Below, one piece after another: positions 41,577-52,589 of a DNA stretch of 64,000 nt. A program made the translations under genes and the position numbers. Under the pieces are notes generated by a model, which was not told the DNA's origin, did no database searches, and saw only the letters and a program-made list of their open reading frames with translations. Each line of letters begins with the position of its first letter. Position 1 is the stretch's first letter. This stretch comes from Strigamia acuminata (lineage: Eukaryota): assembly GCA_949358305.1 (NCBI GenBank), contig OX442314.1, positions 12,896,001 through 12,960,000 on the forward strand. Reading direction: 5' to 3'.

Positions 41577-42728
41577 TCTATCAATTGGAGATGGTGGGGA
41601 AATGTGTTTGATTATGGTTTTTATCGTTTAACTGTGTTGCAATATTATCGTAATACCGGAAACACGAAATTTGCACCTCCGTTGTCACCACATAATGTGC
41701 AATGTTAGGTAAGATTAAAGATGGAATTTCTTTCTGTCACGTTGCGGTGCTGGTTTACACTTTTTTACCCCATGTCAGTTCACACCTCCCACTTACACCT
41801 ATATACACCTTTTAGAAGAATTACACCTTTTAACAAGAAGGTGTAACTGTGCCATTTTACACCATTTTTACTCTATTTTCGTTCACTCCTCCCCCCTGTT
41901 ACACTTTTTTAGCTGTTAACAAAATTTAAAAGGTGTATTTGATGCTTTTGCACCTTTTTACACCTATTATTTCTCCCAGTGTAGCCGCGGCTAAGACACC
42001 AAGAATATCGTATTTTTGAAAAAGTACGATATAGTTTCCGTATTTAACCTCACGAACGACGAACGTACGCTTCGTTCGTGACGTTCAGACTTCGTTTGTT
42101 ACATTAAACAAATGTAACAAACGAAAAACCGAAATTGTAATTGCTGACAAAAATGGCAGTTTTGAATAATCGATAAAATACGGTAGCTACGGTATGTGCA
42201 GTAACTGTTTGGTGAACTCATCATTAAAAGTAATTTACACCTGTGACTAAAGTATTGTTGTTTATTTCTTTTATTTTAGCATTATTAGGCCTAATAATAG
42301 GCTGAATACTGCTAAATAACAACTGGAACTAGAAAATCAGTGTCTTGTAACATTCTGACACGATTTCTTGCATCTTCCAAAAAAAAAATTTTGAATCAAA
42401 TGCATACACACCGTTGTGACTGTAATGGAATGTAATGGAATGTAATGGAACTGTAATTTTGCAAAAAGAAATAAGGAAATGTTAAAAACATAATTTCAGT
42501 GCAGATTTTCTGTAGGGATACAGCATGGATACTACTATCCTCCATTTTGAACATAAATACCGCTACACGAACGAAAAAAAAAAAAATTTTTTTTAAACTG
42601 TTTGATTTTTTTTACAAACACCACACAACAATTAGTTTTCATTAATTTCAGCACAATTTGCTTTTTTTATTGACATTTTTATTAATATTTCTTTTATTCA
42701 TTTTAAAAATAAATCCTATTTCTTAGCA

Positions 42729-42801
42729 TGACCTCTGCCAGAATTGAACCTGGGATCCTTTGTTCCAAAGACCATCGCTCTATCCTCTAGGCCTGTACAG
42801 C
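42729..42801 (-). pseudogene. tRNA-derived sequence (tRNA-Arg-like SINE head or pseudo-tRNA), left arm
   Basis: Reverse complement GGCCTAGAGGATAGAGCG...CAGGTTCAATTCTGGCAGAGGTC has A- and B-box-like motifs at tRNA spacing; stems are degenerate. Confidence 0.6.
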
Positions 42802-43587
42802 TAATACTATGTACGTGCGTAACTTCTGTTATATAGCTTTGTCAACAACTGTTCATTGTGCACAGAAAATACCACGTTTCTCATCAAACTGTTTTTTCCA
42901 CCAAATAAAAAAAAACATTAACTTTACTTTCCATTTTATAATTGAGTGAAGTCAAATGTTATATGCAATACAATTACAACTAATCTTTATTCCAATGCAT
43001 ATTCACACCAAAAAATGCTTTTTCAGACACAAAAATGCTTTTTCAGATACAAAAATGCTTTTTGCAGACTAAAAAAAATGCAGCAGATGCAAGTTGTTCC
43101 TAAAAGCGGCCCCACAAAACTACACTGCAAGACACTGCGCAGCAAAACCAACCAAAAAAAGTTTCTGCAGCCCCAAAAAAAACACTTTTTTAGATAATTA
43201 TCACTACTGTTTCATGATAAAATATCAGATTTTATAAATAAAAGTGTGCAAAATCCATTGAATCAGTTCTTTTTTAGCAATTGTACTAATCTTGGCGCTT
43301 CAGCTTGTGACAAAAGAAAAAAGTTTGAGAGTTATGCGCAGGTAATTATTACGCAATGACTGCGTAAGTGCGTAAGTGCGGGATTGACAATACAGAGTAA
43401 AAGGCGCGAAAAGTGGCCAGTGTCACTCTTTTCCAAAGATGGCTAATGATACACGTATAAACACATTATTCAATAATGGTAGTGAGGTTTGCGTCGCCGC
43501 ATTCCAATTGCCAAATAATCGCTGGGGTGTTGGCGCATCTTGGGGCTATTTGCACAAAGAGTAAAAAATAATTTTTTTTAGTTTTCT

Positions 43588-43983
43588 TTTTAGACTTCTA
43601 AACCTGATGTTTAGAAAGTCTAATAAAACGACTCTGTCTGCCTACTGTCTGTCTGTCCGCATCCATATCTCAAAAACTATAGCAACTAGAACCAAACGGA
43701 CAACTGCAATGAACTCAGCATACCTGTATTAGGTTCCTAAGGTATTTTCGTATTTTTCCGACCTCCGGTTTAATAAAAAAAACCGGTTTTATTCGACTTT
43801 TAGCGTTCTATTACACCTGCTACCGGAAATGACGTATTTGGCCAAAATTTTTATTTTTTATTACTTTATTTTCTTTTATTTTGGTGTTTAATTTAGGGAC
43901 AGACAGACAGATATATTTCTATACCGAAAAGTGTAGAAGCGGTTTAGAAGTCTAATATGCATTACAGACATTTACTTGTTTTA
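43588..43983 (+). mobile_element. Helentron-associated non-autonomous element (HINE/DINE-1-like)
   Basis: Starts in a T-run with TTAGACTTCTAAACC and an adjacent inverted copy GTTTAGAAAGTCTAA, then a (CTGT)n microsatellite, ATATCTCAAAAACTAT, a 3' subterminal inverted copy GGTTTAGAAGTCTAA at 43941-43955, ending CTTGTTTT. No TSD. Confidence 0.7.
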
Positions 43984-45568
43984 ATATAAATTTATTTACA
44001 GCAACTTTAGCAGCTTATTACCAGGAACCATTAGTACCAAAAATCGGGCCGATATACACGCTGCGCTATTGGCTGTAGAGCGGGCTCAAGAGAGAAATAT
44101 GAATCCATTACGAGTGTATTCTGAAAGCACGCATTTGGTTCGAGGTAACACCACCAACCTAAAAAAAATCCCTTACTCACCCAACCCGGGTCATTTTTGA
44201 CCCCAAGCCGAAAAACTTTTTCCAAAAAATGAGTGGAAATCATTTTATTCTCTGAGTATTTCAGGTTTATGAAGAAATTTAAGCAATTCGGTATTTTTCA
44301 AATGAGAGCGACAAAAATAATTGACATTGTATTCAAAACTAATAAGTAAACAAAGGAATTTTGTGAAAATTTTTTTTTGCGATTTTTAAATCTATTTATT
44401 GCTTGTTGTGATGTTTAAAGAAAATACATGAAATTTCAGAAAAAAAATCCCTTTAGTTTTCAAGAAAAAAAATAAAAACACTTTTGGAGGTCAAAATTGA
44501 CCCTAGGTTGGGGTGGGGAGGATTAATTTGACTTCTGTATTCATATATATATATATTGTTAGGAATGATGCTTCACCAATTAGGTGAAATAACCAACCAA
44601 TGGACGACTCGTACAGGTGTTGAATTAGACGACGCAGTCGACTTTCTACGCTTAGTGCAAGCAACGAATGGAATAAGAATCGTATTTGTAAATAACATTT
44701 TATTTAAAAGTTTTTTACTTAAAATTAACAATTTTAATTTTTTTCTTTAAATAATTATTTCTTTTTCGTAGAATCAATGTCCTGTAAATATTTGTATTCC
44801 AAATATGGAGAATGCCAAAACACTGGCGAAAGCGGCATTTTAAAACGGTGTGTATGCATTTGATTCACAATTCTTTTTTTTGAAAGATGCAAGACATCGT
44901 GTCAGAATGTTACAAGACACTGATAACATTTGGTTCCATTTCTACAGTGCTGCAAATTTCCTCCACGACCCGATTAAAACCCAAGTGATATTTTGGAAAA
45001 TACAATCATTTTCAGATGGTCAATCGTCCTTCTTCTGTTCCCCAGTAACCCCTGTTGAAAGTCCAACAGGTGGTTGTTTTTCTTTTTCAATATTTTGTTC
45101 TTTAGTTTGGTATGCAATAATTGTTAGAAGGTTGTGATCTAACCTAGATTTATAGTTCCCGTGGTTTGCTTTTGTTTTGTTTTTGAATAAAAATCATTAG
45201 TTTAAGTTAATTGATTACTGGTTCCTTAATTTTCCTTTTGTAGTTGTAGTTTTTATTATTGACTTAATGGCAGACGAGTGTCTCAGACACTCTGACACTC
45301 TGAAAAAGCATTTTTGTGTCTGAAAAAGCATTTTTGTGTCTGAAAAAGCATTTTTTGGTGTGAATATGCATTGGAATAAAGATTAGTTGGTTGTAATTGT
45401 ATTGCATATAACATTTGACTTTACTCAATTATAAAATGGAAAGTAAAATTAATGTTTTTTTTTATTTGGTGGAAAAAACAGTTTGATGAGAAACGTGGTA
45501 TTTTCTGTGCACAATGAACAGTTGTTGACAAAGCTATATAACAGAAGTTACGCACGTACATAGTATTA

Positions 45569-45641
45569 GCTGTACAGGCCTAGCGGATAGAGCGATGGTC
45601 TTTGGAACAAAGGATCCCAGGTTCAATTCTGTCAGAGGTCG
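45569..45641 (+). pseudogene. tRNA-derived sequence (tRNA-Arg-like), right arm
   Basis: GGCCTAGCGGATAGAGCG-ATGGTCTTTGGAACAAAGGATCC-CAGGTTCAATTCTGTCAGAGGTCG follows the pattern of eukaryotic tRNA-Arg(TCG), but the acceptor and anticodon stems do not pair fully. Confidence 0.62.
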
Positions 45642-46313
45642 TTGTAAGAAATAAGATTTATTTTTAAAATGAATAAAAAAAATATTAATAAAAATGTCAA
45701 TAAAAAAAGCAAATTGTGCTGAAATCAATAAAAACTAATTGTTGTTTGGTGTTTGTAAAAAAAATCAAACAGTTTAAAAAAAAAATTTTTTTTTGTTCGT
45801 GTAGCGGTATTTATGTTCAAAATGGAGGGTAGTAGATTTTTTTATATTGGAAATACATGAAATTTCAAAATTACACATTTGAAAATGTTTGTAAAGTTAT
45901 TGTAAAACAAGTAAACAAGTAAAACAAAAAACACTGCCATGTTTATGTAAAAAGGCTTTTATGCTGTATCCCTACAGAAAATCTGCACTGAAATCATGTT
46001 TTTAGCATTTTCTTATTTTTTTGTTTCAAATTTACAGTTACATTACATTACATTACATTACATTACAGTCACAACGGTGTGTATGCATTTGATTCACAAT
46101 TCTTTTTTTATATATATAAGTTTAAATAAAATTTTAAATATATAAGTTTCATTTTGACGAAATTTAACTTTATTACTAATTATAATTGATAAAATTTCTC
46201 TCACGAATCATAAAATGTCCACCATCGTTATTCAAGTTTTGAGCGCAGTGCATTATGGACGTACTAGCGACAGCACAATGCTCAAGGCCAGTAAGCTGGA
46301 ACCTGCTTGATGT

Positions 46314-47660
46314 GGGTGGCCCCCAAAATGTCTAATGACAAAATGTCTAATCCCAGAATGTCTAAGCCGAAATGTCTAATCCAAAATGTCTAATGGACAA
46401 AATGTCTAATCCGAAATGTCTAAGCCGGAATGTCTAATGCCAAAATGTCTAATCCAAAATGTCTAATGACTAATAATGTCTAATAATTTTATTTCATCTC
46501 AATTTTTTTTTAAAGGTTTTTATTTAACTTGACTTGAACGTTTGTTTCTGTCAACGTCCGGTCACGTGACCTGTAATGTAATGTTTCAACTTCCGGTACT
46601 TCCGGTTTGTGTAATGTCCACAAAAAATGAATTAAAAAATTAATCATAAGATTAGAAAGTAGACTTTTCTAGTGCAGTTTTTGGTCTACTTTCCAATTTT
46701 CATGATAAAATTTGTATTAAAAGTAGTTAAAAGGGAGAAAAAGCTAAATTACGGCGAAATGTAACAAAAACAGCGCCACCTGGCGAAGCCCGTGTCCTTT
46801 AATGGATGCCAAAATGTTCGCCGATACGAATTTTGATGTATTCGATACTAAAAAAGGTTCTAAAAATTCTGAAACCAGGCTAAACCTGGTTAAAACAAAA
46901 ATTCCTATCTGCCCATATTTTTTTTTAAAAATATTATTTAGAAAAAGTACTTTGTTGAAAGTTTTTTGGCACGATCACGGCAATCACGAAACAATCTGCG
47001 GTAGTATCGCACTTTGGCGGCAATTTGAAAAACCAATATAAAAGCCTTTTTCCAAAACGTAGTTTTTTATATTTACTTGTTCCATTTTTATTCCGCAGAA
47101 GAAAAACAAAAAAAATACAATTTTTTATAATTAATTCGTTTATTATTTTAAGATTACAAAAGAAAACACGAAATACAATTATAATTTCACATTGTGAGCA
47201 ATATACCACGCAGATAATCTAAAGTATTGCGGTTTGCCCTGTCGTTAAATATTGTAAGAACTACGATAACAATAACACGTGTGTTGTATAGAATCAATGG
47301 TGTTGTGAACTTGTTATTTATTATATTACTTTAGATTATCTGCGTGGTATTGCTCACAATGTGAAATTATAATTGTATTTCATGTTTTCTTAAAATAATA
47401 AACGAATTAATTATAAAAAAAATTGTATTTTATTGTTTCTATTGATAATTGTTTTTCTTCTGCGGAATAAAAGTGGAAAACAAAAATTTTTATGTCAAAT
47501 TTGGAGATTCATAAATAATAAAATTATTAGACATTTTGGCATTAGACATTATTTGATTTTGTCATTAGACATTTTGGATTAGACATTTTGGCCATTAGAC
47601 ATTTCGGCTTAGACAATTTGGTATTAGACATTTTGTCATTAGACATTTTGGGCTGGATCC
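46314..47660. mobile_element. Non-autonomous Mutator-like/foldback element
   Basis: 9-bp TSD GCTTGATGT (46305-46313, 47661-47669), G/C ends, mirrored subterminal (AAAATGTCTAAT)n / (ATTAGACATTTT)n arrays, internal palindrome at ~47085-47470. Absent in copy 1 at ~33728. Confidence 0.87.
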
Positions 47661-48794
47661 GCTTGATGTAGTGTAGCTCGTAAAAATGAAAATAAACATA
47701 AAACAAAAATAAGTATTTACATTTTCTTATAATTTTGTTTGTTGCAAACTACGAGACCATTAAATTTTAACTTTAAAAAAATGTAATTTAACTTGAAAGT
47801 AAAGACTGGAACAAGAACCCGGAACAACTACTTTTTCTGTGATACTTGTAAAGGTGTATGACGCTATATAAATGTCTTTTCGCGTTCACAACTGAACTGG
47901 AATCCGACTTTTCTGGTGCAGTTTTATGTCTACTTTCCAATTAATGTTAATTGCAGGTTAAATGTAGTTCCAAAAGAGAGAAAAAGTTAAATTACGGCGA
48001 AAGTTACGCTATTCGGAACGCCACCTGGCGAATCCCGTATAATGGAGGTCAAAATGTTCGGCCCAATACGTTTTTTCATGTTTTCGATATTAAAAAGAGG
48101 TCGAAAAATTCTGAAACCAGTCTCATTCGATTGGAAATTGCATTCTGCACGAGCGTTTATGTTTTTGTTTTTGGTTTGATCAAGAAAAAGATCCGTTTCG
48201 GGCGATCGAAGCCGGCGACCGCATGGCAAATTCAGTGGGAAATTTGAAAATGTGCATTGCAGTGAAGCCAGTAGGGATACAGCATAAAAGCCTTTTTAAA
48301 AAAAATCATAGTTTGTTTTATTTACTAGTTCTTGGTGAACTGATCAACGGGAGTGTCCACTGACCAGTCGACTCTCCAACATTGATCCATCATCTAGAAA
48401 ACCTTGTTTAAAATAATAATTAGATTTGTGACATCACAATTCGCATTTTCATAATTTGATGTGTCATATTTTATCGAATAAAAGTCGCCCTCGAATTGTA
48501 GTCGCGGCTGAGACACCAAGAATACCGTATTTTTGCAAAAGTACAGTGAAATTATCTATGGAACTTCTTTTTATAGCAACTAGTAAACTCATCCATACAT
48601 GTGGTCATCTGGTCAAGTGTTTGATTGGTCCAAGGACCCCCTTTTCATCTTTGCACACGGTGCACGGATACACGTTTTGTCCAGCTACGTAAACGTTCAA
48701 GTAAACGTTCAAGTAGCCTTGCAAGTGTCGTTCACATGCCGTACGGTTCATCTGTGTAAAGAAATTGTTCGAGACACTTATCATTCGTGTCGAC

Positions 48795-50129
48795 ATGCCA
48801 CGCAGAAAATCAACCCAGAGTCTACAAGAATTGTGTTTAAACGTGGCGACAACTCGATTTGAAGAGCTAGAGATGCAAGGTCAACTGGTAGATAAGCCTT
48901 CCATGCTTATTAATAGCATATTTCAAAGACTGTGCATGCAAAATAGGCCTACAACTACAAATCGTTTGTTGTCTTCAACCATTTTTATTCATTCCGGCGC
49001 CCTATCACTGCGCCATTTGGATCAGTTTGATCTGCCCATGACTCCTCTAATCGATAAAATAGCGCAAGTTTGTACGAACCTTGTGAATATAACATTGGGG
49101 GAATTCATGTATTTCGATCGAAAAATAACATCCAACAACTGCATCAAGCTGGTGCAAAGTTCACCTAAACTCGAACGTTTAGGCCTTTCTTGGTTGAAAT
49201 TACAATGCACGGATGAAGTTGTTGCTGCGATCGGACAGAATTGTCCACTCATGAAACATCTCAACATTGAGGGTTGCTCCAACATTACTGACATTGGATT
49301 TCGCTCATTAAGTGCTTGTACGAAACTGGAACATTTGAGTGTTCAATTCACTCGTGCCACATTCGAGGCGTGTTTGTTCCTTCTCAACCAGCTGCCACTT
49401 TTAAAAGTATTTGTACATGACCATTGGCGCGAAATATTCACCGAGTTGGCAAAACTACCGAATGGAAACGAAACAGTGCGCACTTATTCCATTGAAATAA
49501 TTTCATGGATGAATAACGAACATATTCCCATCCTGAGGACCATGTTTCCAAATTTAAGAAACTTATATTTGAATGATGACAGCATAACTCTTCTGAATTC
49601 TAATGCTATTTCAATATGGCCCCAACGATTGACGAGACTCGAGCTGTTTTCAGTTAGACTGGTCAATATTCGACTTATTGATCGTGCTTGGCCAATGTTA
49701 CAGGTATTAATATTACATAGATGTACAATTTTGAATGAATGTGATGATGTTAATAATTTTCCACTGAAAAACCTTCGTCAACTGGATTTATTCTATCAAA
49801 ACTTAATTACCGAACAACAATTAAAAACGTTATTGGTACAATGTAAACGCTTAGAAATGTTGATGCTTTATAACAGTGAAATATTTTTAGACAATTTAAT
49901 TTTGGAACTTGTTGACTTGAATGCGTTACAGTGTCTGAAAATTTTACAATTCTATGTTTGTCCTTTTATTAGTTCCACGTCGATCATAAAATTGTTGGAA
50001 GTGCCAAGTCCAATGAATGTGTTACACATCGTACGTTGTAATAATATTGGCGCTTCAGGTTATGAGAAAATTATTAGTTATGTCAAAAGTAGGAATTTCG
50101 ATTTAGATATATATTATGAACAGGGGTGA
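48795..50129 (+). CDS. Intronless 444-aa leucine-rich-repeat protein (RI/FBXL/AMN1-like repeats) with N-terminal BC-box-like motif, paralog B
   Basis: Open ATG-TGA frame with about 13 LxxLxL repeats (e.g. CPLMKHLNIEGCSNITDIGF, CTKLEHLSV) and N-terminal SLQELCLNVA followed by KPSMLINSI. AATAAA lies ~40 nt after the stop. Confidence 0.9.
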   Translation: MPRRKSTQSLQELCLNVATTRFEELEMQGQLVDKPSMLINSIFQRLCMQNRPTTTNRLLSSTIFIHSGALSLRHLDQFDLPMTPLIDKIAQVCTNLVNITLGEFMYFDRKITSNNCIKLVQSSPKLERLGLSWLKLQCTDEVVAAIGQNCPLMKHLNIEGCSNITDIGFRSLSACTKLEHLSVQFTRATFEACLFLLNQLPLLKVFVHDHWREIFTELAKLPNGNETVRTYSIEIISWMNNEHIPILRTMFPNLRNLYLNDDSITLLNSNAISIWPQRLTRLELFSVRLVNIRLIDRAWPMLQVLILHRCTILNECDDVNNFPLKNLRQLDLFYQNLITEQQLKTLLVQCKRLEMLMLYNSEIFLDNLILELVDLNALQCLKILQFYVCPFISSTSIIKLLEVPSPMNVLHIVRCNNIGASGYEKIISYVKSRNFDLDIYYEQG

Positions 50130-50464
50130 TCAACCAAAATATACATTAAAAAAGAAACAGTGTAAAATAAAGAAATTAAAATTATGCATAATTAAAAGTA
50201 AACATTTGTGTTTTTATGAAAATGTGATTTATTAATCAGAAAACAAAATGCTGGTTATTTTGTGGTAATAAGATAAATTGGATCTGATTTAAATGCCAAA
50301 TGCAAAAATGAAGTGACAAAATAACACAATTTAGTGTGTTGGAATGTAGTGTGTGGATTAACCACACACATTTCTTATCTTAGATTCCTTGCATGGATTT
50401 TTCCAGAATTCGTAGTCTTCTTTGGGATATCCGTGTAAAAATTCCAAATTTCTTTCTATTATAG

Positions 50465-50827
50465 GTTGAGAAATTGTTTGAAAAATTCTCTAGTGAAATT
50501 GAAGCAATCCTTTTATTTTTATCGCATCTTGAAACCATAGAAATTTGGAATAGAAATTCTCAAGTAAATGTAGCAGCTGACTATCGAGTTAGTTTATCTC
50601 CCAACTCTATTGAAACCGTGCAAAATAAAAGAGCTGAATTGAACCAGGTAAGGACCCAATACAACGCACTTCTATTTAATTTTTAATTTTTTTTATTTTT
50701 CAATTTTTTTTTACAGAAAATTGACAAAATCGATGAGTTTAGAAAACGTCGTATTGAAATACGGAGTGATCAGGTCATGAATATCTACCCCATATTTACC
50801 CCATTGTGGGGTAACATCACACCTTAG
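50465..50827 (+). pseudogene. Orphan sacsin-like exon (50465-50647) plus short terminal exon (50717-50827), copy 2
   Basis: Same as 40239-40601; the 61-codon exon differs by one residue (V/I). Confidence 0.6.
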
Positions 50828-51455
50828 TGTTTGAAAATAGGTGTATATGGCAAATAAAAGCAGTTGTTTTTGAATAAAATGGTCTTTTATTTTTTTCAAA
50901 TGTAATGAACAATTATTTAGTGATTGATGAAAAAAAATGTGTTTTGCAATGCGAGGAACAAAAAAATTAATCTAATTTAATTCAAAAACGTTCGAAAAAA
51001 TTAAAAAAAATTCCAAAAAAATCAAAAAATTCCAAAAGCTTTTTTAAAAATCCGAAAAAATTTTAAAAAAAAATTTAAAAAAACTTAAATTTAAAATCTT
51101 GAATTAATTCGTAAAAAATATATATATAAATATAAAAATACAACAAATAAATAAAAATTATCGACTTAACACGTAAAACTCGATACTCGACCTCTCAGCG
51201 ATATCTTGATCTCCTCCTCGACGCTTTTCCTCGTCTCACTCGCGCCCGCGCATTCCAAAACGCCCCAAAAACGCTCGGACTTGACTTCTTCTTATGAAAC
51301 CAACTTCCCCTCGAATTGTATCGAATCGACCACAACTCCGATTTTCTAACACCATCATTCGTCTCTGCTCGCCCCTCCGATCGAAATTCGTTTTTTCCGC
51401 TCGAAATCGACCTTGTGGCTCTAAAAAAAAAACAATTTTTAACCCAAACGAACCA

Positions 51456-51809
51456 TTAAAAAACCAAAATCCCTCTCCACCTTGACTCAATTGCAGACCC
51501 ACGAGCGAACTGACCGCCACGGCGATCGCTGCGAGGGACAAATTCCTTCGCGTTGACGGTCATTTCAACGTTTTTCTCCCGGAAATTGCTTTTGTTGTTG
51601 TTTTTGTTGTCCGGTTTCCATCGTCTATCGTAGCCCGACGCTCCACGGTAGCCTCTACGCGGGGGCAACTCGTTGCAACGACCAGCAAAGTCCTGTCGAC
51701 GTCCCTGGTTGAAGTTGCGCTGATTGCTACGTTGCCGCGGGAAACATGAAGTCGAGGCCCGCGGTTTATTTTCGGTCGCGTAAGACACGAGCAAGTCTCT
51801 TTCCATCAA
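51456..51809 (-). CDS. RG-rich ORF with PAM2-like motif (MTVNAKEFVPR); likely first exon of a small or degenerate gene
   Basis: 117-aa ORF with a possible intron 51480-51421 (AAG|GTGGAG...TTTTAG). Motif matches the xNAxEFxP PAM2 consensus. Confidence 0.45.
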   Translation of the reverse strand: MMERDLLVSYATENKPRASTSCFPRQRSNQRNFNQGRRQDFAGRCNELPPRRGYRGASGYDRRWKPDNKNNNKSNFREKNVEMTVNAKEFVPRSDRRGGQFARGSAIESRWRGILVF

Positions 51810-52589
51810 TCTATCAATTGGAGATGGTGGGGAAATGTGTTTGATTATGGTTTTTATCGTTTAACTGTGTTGCAATATTACCGTAATACCGGAAACACGA
51901 AATTTGCACCTCCGTTGTCACCACATACTGTAATGTGCAATGTTGGGTAAGATTAAAGATGGCGGAGTTTGGAATTTTTTTCTGTCACGTTGCGATGCTG
52001 GTTTACACTTTTTTACCCCATGTCAGTTCACACCTCCCAGTTACACCTATATGCACCTTTTAGAAGAATTACACCTTTTAACAAGAAGGTGTAACTCTGC
52101 CATTTTACACCATTTTTACTCCATTTTCGTTCACTCCTCCCAGTTACACTCTTTAACACCTTTTTAGGTGTTAACAAAATTTAAAAGGTGTATTTGATGG
52201 TTTTACACCTTTTTACACCTATTATTTCTTCCAGTGTAGCCGCGGCTAAGACACCAAGAATACCGTATTTTTGAAAAAGTACCGTATGGTTTCCGTATTT
52301 AACCTCACGAACGACGAACGTACGCTTCGTTCGTGACGTTCAGACTTCGTTTGTTACATCTAGGAGGCAACAAGAAAGTCTCATGTTGAGGTACCAACGG
52401 TATTTACCGACAAAAAAGGACCAAGAGCCGATTGGACGTATTATGTTGCAGGAAATTTACTATTTGCTGCATAAAAACAACTTGGATTTAACTTTTGCTA
52501 TCAAAATTGATAATTATATGAGACGAACTTTGATGTGGTTACCAATGTCTGAGGGTATACTTGACAAACTTGTTGAGAAAGAAGAACGG

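Larger units (their letters stand above)
32548..42104 (+). repeat. Segmental duplication copy 1 (~4.8 kb core plus three private insertions)
   Basis: Colinear with 46137-52359 from AAATATATAAGTTTCATTT to CAGACTTCGTTTGTTACAT once insertions are removed. Confidence 0.93.
42380..46108. repeat. Large inverted repeat forming the spacer between the duplicated cassettes
   Basis: ~42380-43060 is the reverse complement of ~45300-46108 (TGAATCAAATGCATACACACCGTTGTGAC...AAAAATGCTTTTTCAGA), with an extra ~125 bp in the right arm. Confidence 0.85.
46137..52359 (+). repeat. Segmental duplication copy 2 (~4.8 kb core plus one private insertion)
   Basis: Colinear with 32548-42104. Confidence 0.93.

Noticed and set aside
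44557..44700. Possible LTR fragment starting TGTTAGG after a TA run
   Set aside because: Short, no second terminus or TSD; unsupported.
45569..45641. Functional tRNA gene
   Set aside because: Acceptor and anticodon stems do not pair and the B-box is degenerate; recorded as tRNA-derived only.
48795..48940. F-box at the LRR protein N-terminus
   Set aside because: No LPxE(I/L)LxxIF motif at the start; SLxxLCxxxx fits a BC-box better, though KPSMLINSIFQRL is loosely F-box-like, so a profile search should decide.
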